A DNA stretch of 64,000 bases, from the NCBI RefSeq assembly GCF_964355755.1, contig NC_092672.1, positions 5,518,001 to 5,582,000 of the forward strand, in the 5' to 3' direction. This DNA comes from Antedon mediterranea. Its lineage: Eukaryota > Animalia > Echinodermata. The notes beneath the pieces were generated by a model. It was not told the origin of the DNA, did not search any database, and worked only from the letters and a program-made list of their open reading frames with translations. Numbering within the stretch: position 1 is the first letter of the stretch; the number at the start of each line of letters is the position of its first letter. The translations under genes and the position numbers were made by a program. Below, one piece after another: positions 41,001 to 53,031 of this stretch.

Positions 41001-42164
41001 GACAGCCCATGCTATAGGCCCTAATTTAAGTTAGGTCCCCTTAGAGATGATAAAGAGTGATGATAAGTAAGCGCAAGTAGGCCTAGTAGTATTATAGTGA
41101 ACATTTATTATATTACTAGGTTTAAGAAATTAAAATAGATTAAAATCTCGAGTTAGGCCTATCTATCCTCTGTCGCTATCTCTGTTATCTCTGCTCTCTG
41201 CTAGATAGGCGAAGAATATACGGTAAATAAATACAATTACCAATTACCGATGAGTTATATCAGCAGACCATGCTATGATTTTTATGAAAATAAATATTTA
41301 TATTGGTGAAGTCACAGCAAAAGCTTATTCAAATTTCGAGTTATCTGGTGAATACATACATTTCTTTTATCATGGACCATTTCTAAGAACATTATTTTTA
41401 ATGAAAATGTCATCCATGTAAAATAAGTTTATAAATAAATAAATAAATAAAATAACAGAAAAAAAAATCCTAGATGTTTCCGGTAATATACATAGACGCA
41501 GCCCATTATTATAACAGGCCTATGGGGATCGGAAGAAGGCAACCCAAAATATTTACCGGTATTTATTTAGACGTTTTAGAGTGCTGTTTTGGTAGTGATA
41601 CACATACAACGCAGTAAACAGTACGCAATGCTTTGGTAGTTTGCGGACCAAAACTATTAAATGTATTAAACTTATTAAAATACTTTATTTGGACCGGAGT
41701 TCGCTTATATAACGAAACCAAAACATGCGAGCGCATTCAGGATAATAAGGCGATTGAAATTCATAATTGGTTAAAACTGGTAGATACAATAAAAGTGAAA
41801 ATTATCTACGAGTATCTAAATCAGGTGAGGGTGTGGGTTTACAATGCACACCAACTATACGAAGTCCTATTATAAAGGTAAAGGTATTTATATTTGTCCT
41901 CAAGCTTAACTGGAAACTGAGGAAATTTGGATTAGGCCCTCCATAGACCCACGGCAGCCAGCATTGCAACGCTTACCAGATCAGCACACCGGGAGACGAG
42001 GTATCTTACATGGGAAGATTCAGCGTTGATCGTACATATTAAAGATGCGACATCATTTGTACATTTTTATTATCTTTGTTTCAGTTACCTTCTACTGTCA
42101 TATTAGAGGTAAATTAACGTGATATTGTTTCGTCCGATAAAAGTGACTATTTTAATGTGCTCCA

Positions 42165-42590
42165 TTTACTTGAAAAGGAGATATATAACGATATTTCAAT
42201 ATCACTTCCTTATTCGAATACATTTCAGTCAATTGTTTTCATTATTACGTTGTACTTAACTTAAAAGGTTCATATACATTATTACATGTAACTTTTCTTC
42301 AAGTTACTATCCTTCTTTTCTACTGTCCTATTAACGGTCCATTGGTAAATGGAACTCAGCCGCTCGATGATTTCAGATGTCCTAAGCAATGCTACTGTAA
42401 ATATTGTAAAGAAGAAACGAAGTTATGTTACAATCATATGGTGATTTTTTCAAATAAAGGATTGAAAGCTATTCCATAAGGAGGAAACGGAATTGCACTA
42501 CAATCATGACGTATTATGTTCTCATCAACAATTGGAAACGATTCCATCGCAAGATACAGTGCCAACTGATGCTGTGTATTATCATTTACA
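42165..42590 (+). pseudogene. 5' fragment of a TLR paralog (leader, signal peptide and LRRNT only)
   Basis: GTAAATGGAACTCAGCCGCTCGATGATTTCAGATGTCCTAAGCAATGCTACTGTAAATATTGT matches cluster exon 1; indels, a stop, and an insert of about 70 bp flanked by ATTCCAT. Confidence 0.85.
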
Positions 42591-42972
42591 AGACAACAAT
42601 ATCCCGTCATTGAAAAGCTACGAAAAGTCAGTTGAGTAATGTAATTATTATTTTTCATTTTACATTTTTTGACAACATTAAGAGATATGTATGATATAAT
42701 TCGTTATTTTTTATTTTAAGCTAAATTTAAAAAAAAATTAAAACATGAATCACTGTTGCTGTGATATGTAATATGTAGGATGTTTTTAATGTTTACGCCA
42801 CCAACAATTATTGTATGCCAATTGTAGGTTTAACATGTCATACGTTGGTAATTAACGGAAATAAGAAAATAAAGTTTTGTATAGATGAAAGTCAATTAAT
42901 TTTCGAAACAATTCAATTGATTGTTTTAAGAATTATATCAGTTTTATTACACCAAATCCTTGCATTTGTTTC

Positions 42973-43097
42973 AACAAGGCCAACAGCCATAAGTCGCGTG
43001 CTAAAACGCATAGTGATACCGGACCGACAGACAGACAGACAGACAGACCGACAGACCGACATAGTGAACTATAGAGTCGCGTCCACGCGACTAAAAA
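42973..43097 (+). mobile_element. Helentron-associated (HINE/DINE-1-like) element
   Basis: (GACA)n microsatellite followed by 3' stem-loop AGTCGCGTCCACGCGACT and an A-run; related copies at 61035-61158 and 19738-19782. Confidence 0.6.
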
Positions 43098-43456
43098 GTT
43101 TGTTAAAACATGAATAAATCATTAATAATGAAACTTTTTTGTACAATATGAAAGTGATAATGATAAGTTATTATTTTTTGATTTGCACAATTTACTTACA
43201 TATGAGATTATAACGTCAATTAATTTCATAAATAATTGATTGTTTGAAGAATTATTTTAGTTTTATTATTGCTCCAAATTCTTGCATTTGTTACGAAAGT
43301 GAAATATTAATAAATCATTATTCCAGGTTGAACCATTCTAAAAAGGAGATGAATAACGACATGTCATTATCACTTCTCTCTATTGGAATACATTTACAGT
43401 CGATTTCTCTCATTATTACGTTATACTTCAACGTAAAAGGTTCATACAGTACCACT

Positions 43457-46400
43457 ATGAATATGTGGACTCTTCTTCCCGTTACTATCGTTCTTTTCGT
43501 AACAATCTATTGTCCTATTAGCGATAGTAAGTTATGCCGCAAATACAATCCGTCAGTAAATGGAACTCAGTCGCTAGATGATTTCAGATGTCCTAAGAAA
43601 TGTGAATGTAAATATTGTAAAGAAGAAACGGAAGTATACTTTACTCATGAGGTGTATTGTTATGATGATAGATTGAAAGCTCTTCCATCTCAAGATACTG
43701 TGCCAACTGATGTTAAATATTACAATCTGGAAAAAAACAGTATTTCGTTTCTGAAGAACTATTCTTTCCAGAATTTAACTAATCTACGATATTTAAATAT
43801 TAATAAAAACAATTTGACTTATCAAAACATTGATATTAATGCATTCCGTGGCTTGCAAACATTGACTGATTTAACAATGGATGACAACAAACGCTTGTAT
43901 AAACTATTGCCCTGGTTTGATGATCTAGTTTCTTTGGAACAACTAAGTCTACAATACTGTGGATTAACAACAATATATCCTAATGTATTTAACAATTGCA
44001 GAAACATAATCAAAGTTGATCTTACAACAAACTCTATAAAACATCTTAACTCTAGCACTTTTCAGAATTTCTCAGTTCTTAAATATTTATTTCTAAGCAA
44101 CAACCAGATTACCAGTATACCACCACAGTCGTTTAAAGGTACATCTCAATTACAAGAAATGTCTCTACGTGACAACCAGCTGACTACAATCACTGAGGAT
44201 GTTGGACTTCAAAATCTGACTCAATTACAACTTTTAAATGTGGCGTACAACACGTTTCATTGTAACTGTGATTTTGTGTGGTTTAGAAAGTGGATTGAGA
44301 AAACGAATGTAACAATTGAAAACATCAACAACACAAAATGTATCCCATATAAAGGCAGCAAATACAAGAAAATAATTGAATTTCATCCTGATGAACTAAA
44401 TTGTAGCAAATTTGAAAAAATCTTAGAAATTACAATTCCTTCTGCTTCAGCTGGGCTTATTGTTGTAATTGTGTGTGCAGTCTCTTACCGCTACAGATTC
44501 TACACACTAAAAAAAAAAGGTGCAAATCTCTACCTAAAAAGGTGCAAACCGATGCAACAATAGCAGCTCCCTTTAAGGTGCACAACTGCACCTTTGACGG
44601 AAGGTGCAATTTTGAACCCTGATAAAGGGTGCTATAATGCTCCTTTAGAGTTCACATTTGCACCATATAAGGTGTAATTTTCTACCCTAAAAGGTGCAAA
44701 CTAAATGCAACAATAGCAGCTCCCCAAAGGAGCAAAATTCAACCTCTAAATAAAGGTGCAACTTTACACCCTAATAAAAGGTTCAATAATGCTCCTCTAA
44801 GATTCAAATTTCTGTTAAAAAGGTGCACAAATAAAAATCACTAAAATACAACAAATATTGATTAAGCTTTGTATAATTTTATTCAACTTTAAAACATTAC
44901 ATTATTCAATTCAACTGCTGAACTAATGGATGGCAATTACCAGTCTCTGCACCTTAAATAGAGTGTGGCCATCTCTTCTCAAACCAACAATAGGCCTATT
45001 GTTAAAATTATCTAATGATGACATCTTTGGCAGTATTCTCTTCTTATCCCCATATATCTGAAACAGTGTTCTTGATGTCTGGTTCACCTTTTCCGAACAT
45101 TTTCACCTGATTATGTACTTTCCTAAAAAGCATGAAATAGGAAGGGAAACTATTATATTAATATTATCATTAATATGACAACATCATACAATACATTATT
45201 GACATTGTTCTGATTTTTAAAGTCAAATTACCTTGACCACATGCTTCACATACTTTAAAGTATGTTCCTCTCCCTTTCCTCAGCTCGTAGTATAGGCCCT
45301 GTATACTACTAGAGTATTACAGTACATGTGGTCACATTTCTTTCTCCTTTTCTTAACATCTTTATTGCTGCTGATTAGAGCAGAGGTGCTCTTTCATGTT
45401 TTAAACTTATTTTATCCCTCCATGACATCATGTAGGCTGTAACTATAATTAAAAATAATGATAATGTGTATAAGAATTTAATATAGGCCTAGGCCTAATA
45501 ATACCCAGCTACTGTAATAACTAATACAGTATTAATAACTAGGCCCCTGGCCTGCCTAGCTAGGCCTATTATTAATTATAGGCCTAGCCGGCTAGCTAGG
45601 CCTAGGACTGCTTTTAATTAAGTTTAAGGTCTAGGCCTACCTAGTAACCTACTAAATACTAGGCCTAGTAGGCATAGCTAGCCTATTAAGTATTATGCCT
45701 AACCTACTAATAGCTAGACCCAGGTAAGTAGGCTAGGCCTGGTCTAGGACTAGCCCCCGCCCGAAAGGCTACTGTAGGCTAAGTAGGTCTCTAGACTGCC
45801 TACTTTAGGCTTAACCTAGCCTATGCCTAATAGAGGCCGCCTAGATAGGCTAGGTAGGAGGCCTCTAGCTAGGCTAGCCATATTTATTTATTTAGCTATC
45901 ATTTTTAAGTTTTAGGCCTAGCCTAGGCTTATAGGCCTATACAATAATTAATCTAATAAAAACAACCAAACTACATGCCTATAAAGCTTCGTTACTTACT
46001 TTTAACAGCTATCCTACACTGGAGAGGTGTGGGAGCTAGGCCTAGTTAAATTTTATAGCCTGGGCGCAAACTCCTCAATTCAAACTGCATGTTTAACAAT
46101 CGCACGCGCTTAAAATTATTTTTCAATTCCTGTTTCAAATAAATTTAGAACAGATGCCTACATTATGATATTAGATATTCTAATAATATTGTTAAATATG
46201 AAAGAAAAGTTTACTTATTCTAGACTTAAGCAAACCAGAGTAAATAACCTCTGAAATTCAATATTTTAACAATTGTTTACAGACATCTTGCGTGCGCATA
46301 CGGTACGAAAATTGTACAAAAATTGTACAAAAAGGTGCTATTATGCACCTTTTAATTGATGTTAAACCTTATAGGGTGCCCAGTTGAACCTTTGAATTTA

Positions 46401-47711
46401 TCATGTTAAAGGTATTAAACTTTAATTTTCAGTTACAAGCCAGCGACTTTCTAATGTTCCGTAAAAAAAAGATTTGTTCGAATTCCGATAGCTGTCCCCA
46501 CAAACCTATCTATATTATTATTAATCTTTCTTATTTTTGTTTTAACTTACCACAATAATGTCATTCTAAAAAAATTGTCCTTCATCACCTTTTAAGCTTT
46601 TAGAAGCCCTAAGTTAAACATATCAAGAAGCGTTCATTAATATAATAGGTCTTATTTGTCACACAGTCACCATGGCTGGGCCTTTGCGGTGCAGTTCTGC
46701 ACCTTTTTATACTTGTCTGCATTTTTCGATATAAAAGGTGCAAAAATAAACCTTTTATGAACTCTGCACCATTTTATGAGAAAAAGGCGAAAATTAGCAC
46801 CCTTTTATAGGTTTGCTCCTTTTATTGCACCTTTAGTTTTAAGTGTGTATTTAAGGTAAGATCAAGTGTTTTCAATTATAAATTCCTGCTGTTATGTACA
46901 TGCAAAAAAAAACAACAAACGTGAAATATCGATATCTTATTAGTTTTTTCAACAGACTTTTAATATAGACCTATTTAATCATATTGAATGTAACATTTTT
47001 AAACTATACGTTTTTCCTTTTTTTTAAATTTTAAAATTAAAATATATTGCTAAAGATAATTTAATTGTAAGTAAGTTAATATCTAAAATCAGAAGCCAGA
47101 TGCAATTATTTTATGAAATATGTTGCATTATGTATATCGTTAATGAATTTTATTTATTTCAATGCAGGTATTGGAACCAACGACGACGCCTTCGTAAACA
47201 ATACCAGCGAATTTGCAACCAAGGACCTCCTCCCATCAACGGAGAAAATATTCAGTATGACGTGTTTGTGTGTTACAACAGCAACGATCAACAATGGGTT
47301 CTGAAAACCTTACAGCCATCGTTGGAGGTGCAGCGCAATTTTAGACTTTTTGTTGACTATCGAGATTTTATTCCAGGAGAAGCAATCGTTACAAACATTG
47401 CAAATGGTGTTAAATTTAGCCGTAAGGTTTTGTTAGTTGTCTCCAAACATTTTGCCAAAAGTGAGTGGTGTAACTTCGAATTAGAAATGGCGCGCATGCG
47501 TATGTTTGACAACCATGAAGATATCTTGATAGTGGTATTACTTGAAAAGGTGTCGCCCAAAGACATGCCGATACTCTTACACAAGATATTGACCACGACA
47601 ACTTATATCGAATGGGAAGAACATCCAGAGAGACAAGCATTGTTCTGGGCCAAACTTGAAGCAGCTCTGTTGTCACCTAACTGTCCTAAAGATAGGCTAA
47701 TTGATAACTAA
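43457..47711 (+). CDS. Short Toll-like receptor TLR-B (exon 1 43457-44502 plus 46850-46855, split by a transposon; TIR exon 47168-47711)
   Basis: Signal peptide, LRRNT, 8 LRRs, LRRCT, TM and an intact TIR exon (RDFIPGE). An upstream in-frame ATG exists at 43349. Functional status is uncertain because of the insertion. Confidence 0.88.
44503..46847. mobile_element. Non-autonomous CACTA/EnSpm (CMC)-like DNA transposon, 2345 bp, TA TSD
   Basis: TA|CACACTAAAAAAAAAAGGTGCAA ... TTGCACCTTTAGTTTTAAGTGTG|TA (23-bp TIR, 3 mismatches) and many subterminal AAGGTGCA repeats; the empty site GATTC-TA-TTTAAG is visible in paralog D at 59221-59233. Confidence 0.9.
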
Positions 47712-48135
47712 ACCCTTAGAAACCTTTTTATCGTCGAAAGTTTCCGTATAAGACATTTTACAACATTTATTGACAAAAGAAAATACATTTTCTAGGATGG
47801 TTCAGATTTAATTCGATTTGGTTTTCAATCATTTCCAACATCAAGCACATGCTAATATCACATTCACATCGACTAGCAAACTCTACACCTGTGTTGTTGC
47901 TGAACAACCACCAACATAGGATTATAAGTGTCATTAATTGTATTGTTGTTATTGATCATGATTTGTTCTTAGGTTATTTTACTATTTACTATTCATTTAT
48001 TGCTATTCAGTGACATCTTTTATTATATGTGTTTTATTTTTCATTTTTTTCTGTATTTATTTATATGCTATACGCATTTAATTAATATCTATCGTCTGTT
48101 AATAATTTAGTACTATATTATAAGGCCCAATGTAA

Positions 48136-48312
48136 TGCTTGGTTCCCACTAGTGACGCAACACAAGAACGTAACGCAACGCAAGTGAATTGACCAATCAC
48201 AAGCGATGGCTTATTCGCTTGATTGCTAACTGTCTATAACTTCGCTTGTCATTGGTTAAAACGCTTGCGTTGCGTTTACGTCCTTGCGTTACGTTCTAGT
48301 GGGAACCAAGCT
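48136..48312. mobile_element. PIF/Harbinger-like MITE, family B, second copy
   Basis: TAA|TGCTTGGTTCCCACTAG...CTAGTGGGAACCAAGCT|TAA. Confidence 0.82.
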
Positions 48313-48744
48313 TAAACAAGCGAACGTTTTTTATTTGTATATTTGTCAGTTGATGAAAACATTTTTTGACAACATGTGATATGTATGATATAATTCGTTA
48401 TTTTATTTAAGCTAAATAAAAAAATATTACTGTTGCTGTTAATATGTAGGATGTTTTTACTGTGAATTTAAATAAAGGTGGCGTAAGGCCACAAACAAAC
48501 AATTGTCTTCAGCATAATCACTCATTTGTTTAAACTGATATGAATAAAAGTGAAAGTTATTTACGACATGATAAAACAGGACAGGGTGTGATTTTAAAAC
48601 CGTACCACGACTACCGGCAATATCAACTCCTACATATCAACTAAACCCTAAATAACAATGTAATGTGGTTTGAATTGTGGTCTAACGATTGGACTGACGA
48701 TTCAGCTGACTGACAGAAAGCCGTTGACATAACGTTTTTAAAGA

Positions 48745-48868
48745 AGAAGACTATGACTGTATGGTATCATGGAGAAAAGTCTATGACTGTATGGTATCAT
48801 GGAGAAGAGACTATGACTGTATGGTATCATGGAGAAAAGTCTATGACTGTATGGTATCATCGAGAAGT
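48745..48868. repeat. 30-bp tandem repeat, 4 copies
   Basis: (GACTATGACTGTATGGTATCATGGAGAARA)n. Confidence 0.85.
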
Positions 48869-49585
48869 TATGTAATTTCACTCTTCCCTGGTTATACAGT
48901 ATCCCATGTGGTGAAGGTTGCTGTTAGAAGAGGCGATACTGCGTGGTGTGTATTGTCATTTATAAGACATAAAACCTCGTGTATCGGATGGCACAAAACA
49001 TCAACTATACAAAGTTCCCCCGGCGTACCGTATTATATGGATGGATTCGACATTTATCGTACAATGAAGTTGCGACACTATCTTTAAGCACTTATTATTG
49101 TATGCCAATTGAAGGTTTAGCATGTCATACGTTGAAATAAGGTTTTCAATCATTTCCCAACATCAAGCACATGCTAATACCACATTCACATCGATTAGCA
49201 AACTCCACACCTGTGTTATGCTGCTGTGTTAGGCAGGAAAGATTACAATTAAATATTTTACTCTTCTTTGATTCAGGTGTGCTTAAACTCCAAATTATCC
49301 CAGGCAAAGGAAAAGGGTATGATGTGCAGTATTATGATTAGGCAGTAATTCTCTTTTGGCAATGATAATTATCTTGATGATATTATATTATGTCTACATA
49401 TGCCGTACTGTACATAATGCTTTTAAACGTTCTATTAGGTTAAAATTGCTATTAAGAATTGATACCTCGTAATTTGAATGATTGGTCAATTTGTATGTAA
49501 CTACTTTTTAATAATTCATTAAGTAATTTGTTAACTACTTATTATTGTATCTTCATCTCGTATCTAATTAGCTAACGGATACGTA

Positions 49586-52185
49586 TTGCTTCAACCTTAA
49601 ACTCCCGGGCCTACATATTCTATGTACATGTGGTATCTGATTGGCTAATTCTTGATTCAACCTTAAACTCCCTACATATTTTATGTACATGTGGTATCTG
49701 ATTGGCTAATTCTTGCTTCAACCTTAAACTCACTACATATTCTATGTACATGTGGTATCTGATTGGCTAATTCTTGCTTCAACCTTAAACTCACTACATA
49801 TTCTATGTACATGTGGTATCTGATTGGCTAATTCTTGCTTCAACCTTAAACTCCCTACATATTCTATGTACATGTGGTATCTGATTGGCTAATTTTTGCT
49901 TCAACCTTAAACTCCCTACATATTCTATGTACATGTGGTATCTGATTGGCTAATTCTTGCTTCAACCTTAAACTCACTACATATTCTATGTACATGTGGT
50001 ATCTGATTGGCTAATTCTTGCTTCAACCTTAAACTCCCTACATATTCTATGTACATGTGGTATCTGATTGGCTAATTCTTGCTTCAACCTTAAACTCACT
50101 ACATATTCTATGTACATGTGGTATCTGATTGGCTAATTCTTGCTTCAACCTTAAACTCACTACATATTCTATGTACATGTGGTATCTGATTGGCTAATTC
50201 TTGCTTCAACCTTAAACTCACTACATATTCTATGTACATGTGGTATCTGATTGGCTAATTCTTGCTTCAACCTTAAACTCCCTACATATTCTATGTACAT
50301 GTGGTATCTGATTGGCTAATTCTTGCTTCAACCTTAAACTCCCTACATATTTTATGTACATGTGGTATCTGATTGGCTAATTCTTGCTTCAACCTTAAAC
50401 TCACTACATATTCTATGTACATGTGGTATCTGATTGGCTAATTCTTGCTTCAACCTTAAACTCTCTACATATTCTATGTACATGTGGTATCTGATTGGCT
50501 AATTCTTGCTTCAACCTTAAACTCACTACACATTCTATGTACATGTGGTATCTGATTGGCTAATTCTTGCTTCAACCTTAAACTTCCTACATATTATATG
50601 TACATGTGGTATCTGATTGGCTAATTCTTGCTTCAACCTTAAACTCCCTACATATTCTATGTACATGTGGTATCTGATTGGCTAATTCTTGCTTCAACCT
50701 TAAACTCCCTACATATTCTATTTACATGTGGTATCTGATTGGCTAATTCTTGCTTCAACCTTAAACTCCCTACATATTCTATGTACATGTGCTATCTGAT
50801 TGGCTAATTCTTGCTTCAACCTTAAACTCCCTACATATTCTATGTACATGTGGTATCTGATTGGCTAATTCTTGCTTCAACCTTAAACTCCCTACATATT
50901 CTATGTACATGTGGTATCTGATTGGCTAATTCTTGCTTCAACCTTAAACTCCCTACATATTCTATGTACATGTGGTATCTGATTGGCTAATTCTTGCTTC
51001 AACCTTAAACTCCCTACATATTCTATGTACATGTGGTATCTGATTGGCTAATTCTTGATTCAACCTTAAACTCCCTACATATTCTATGTACATGTGGTAT
51101 CTGATTGGCTAATTCTTGCTTCAACCTTAAACACCCTACATATTTTATGTACATGTGGTATCTGATTGGCTAATTCTTGCTTCAACCTTAAACTCACTAC
51201 ATATTCTATGTACATGTGGTGTCTGATTGGCTAATTCTTGCTTCAACCTTAAACACCCTACATATTTTATGTACATGTGGTATCTGATTGGCTAATTCTT
51301 GCTTCAACCTTAAACTCCCTACATATTCTATGTACATGTGGTATCTGATTGGCTAATTCTTGCTTCAACCTTAAACTCACTACACATTCTATGTACATGT
51401 GGTATCTGATTGGCTAAATCTTGCTTCAACCTTAAACTCACTACATATTATATGTACATGTGGTATCTGATTGGCTAATTCTTGCTTCAACCTTAAACTC
51501 CCTACATATTATATGTACATGTGGTATCTGATTGGCTAATTCTTGCTTCAACCTTAAACTCACTACATATTTTATGTACATGTGGTATCTGATTGGCTAA
51601 TTCTTGCTTCAACCTTAAACTCACTACATATTCTATGTACATGTGGTATCTGATTGGCTAATTCTTGCTTCAACCTTAAACTCACTACATATTCTATGTA
51701 CATGTGGTATCTGATTGGCTAATTCTTGCTTCAACCTTAAACTCACTACATATTCTATGTACATGTGGTATCTGATTGGCTAATTCTTGCTTCAACCTTA
51801 AACTCACTACATATTCTATGTACATGTGGTATCTGATTGGCTAATTCTTGCTTCAACCTTAAACTCCCTACATATATTCTATGTACATGTTGTATCTGAT
51901 TGGCTAATTCTTGCTTCAACCTTAAACTCACTACACATTTTATGTACATGTGGTATCTGATTGGCTAATTCTTGCTTCAACCTTAAACTCACTACATATT
52001 CTATGTACATGTGGTATCTGATTGGCTAATTCTTGCTTCAACCTTAAACTCACTACACATTATATGTACATGTGGTATCTGATTGGCTAATTTTTGCTTC
52101 AACTTTAAACTCCCCACATATTCTATGTACATGTGGTATCTGATTGGCTAATTTTTGCTTCAGCCTTAAACTTCCTACATATTCT
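49586..52185. repeat. 61-bp tandem satellite, about 42 highly homogeneous copies
   Basis: Unit TACATATTCTATGTACATGTGGTATCTGATTGGCTAATTCTTGCTTCAACCTTAAACTC(C/A)C; a one-base shift per 60-nt line confirms period 61. Confidence 0.97.
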
Positions 52186-53031
52186 AAACTCTATTCTAAA
52201 TTTAATTTTCTCTATAATTTATGTGAATATCTACAACCGAAAGCTAATGAAAACTTTGAGAAATACTCACTCATGCTGCTATTCACTGTATCATGATTCA
52301 CCAATCCTTTATTGAACTAAAGCCATTAAACTTTTGGTAGTCCTTTTTCCTTCACGTTCAGAACCAAAGCAGCACCTACCTTTGCGTACATGCCATTTTG
52401 CATGCTATTTGCATAATTAGTAAATCATGTTGGCGCTTTCGTAGTATAGTTAACAACTGATTTGTAAATAACATTGCTGTACACAGGTTTTCCTTTTTTT
52501 TTTAAATGTCATCTGTTTTTTTCATTTTGCTGTACACAGTTAGAATAATATTATTTTATCATTATGTAATATGGTAGGTCTCGTAATTGAAAACTAAATA
52601 AAGGTTGGTTTAGGATTAGTTACATAGAAAGATGTATGTTGTCGGCAGAAGATAAAAAAGATTTAAACGCGTGATCTACGTATAGACCTAAAGAGTGGGG
52701 AAGAAGACAAGAGATTTGGAAAAGTTGTAAGATCGTCGCCTAACTGTCGCGCTGAATACCAATTTGATTGTAAAAAAAGATCAAGATTATACAAATGTAG
52801 ACATCATAGCAATGCTTAAGTAATTGGAAACATAAAAATGGAATTAATAATATGATAACAATCTGATGCTTCTCTATCTTTTATTATTAAACTACAATTG
52901 TTGTATATTTGATACGAAAGTGAAATATTAATAAATCATAATGATATGTTTTGTCCAATAAAAAACTTATCTATTCACTTTAAAAGGAGGTCAATTTGTA
53001 CTTCAACATAAAAGGTTTATACAATACCCCT

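Noticed and set aside
43244-43456. Long N-terminal extension of TLR-B (and 58074-58181 in TLR-D) from the ORF track
   Set aside because: The homologous leader is frameshifted by a 7-nt duplication in TLR-E (about 62763-62777) and largely missing in C; the signal peptide starts at the MNM motif.
49586-52185. CRISPR-like array
   Set aside because: Head-to-tail repeats without unique spacers, eukaryotic context and no cas genes; it is a satellite.
48761-52315. ORFs 48761-49087, 51755-51949 and 52133-52315
   Set aside because: Products of tandem repeats lacking stops in one frame.
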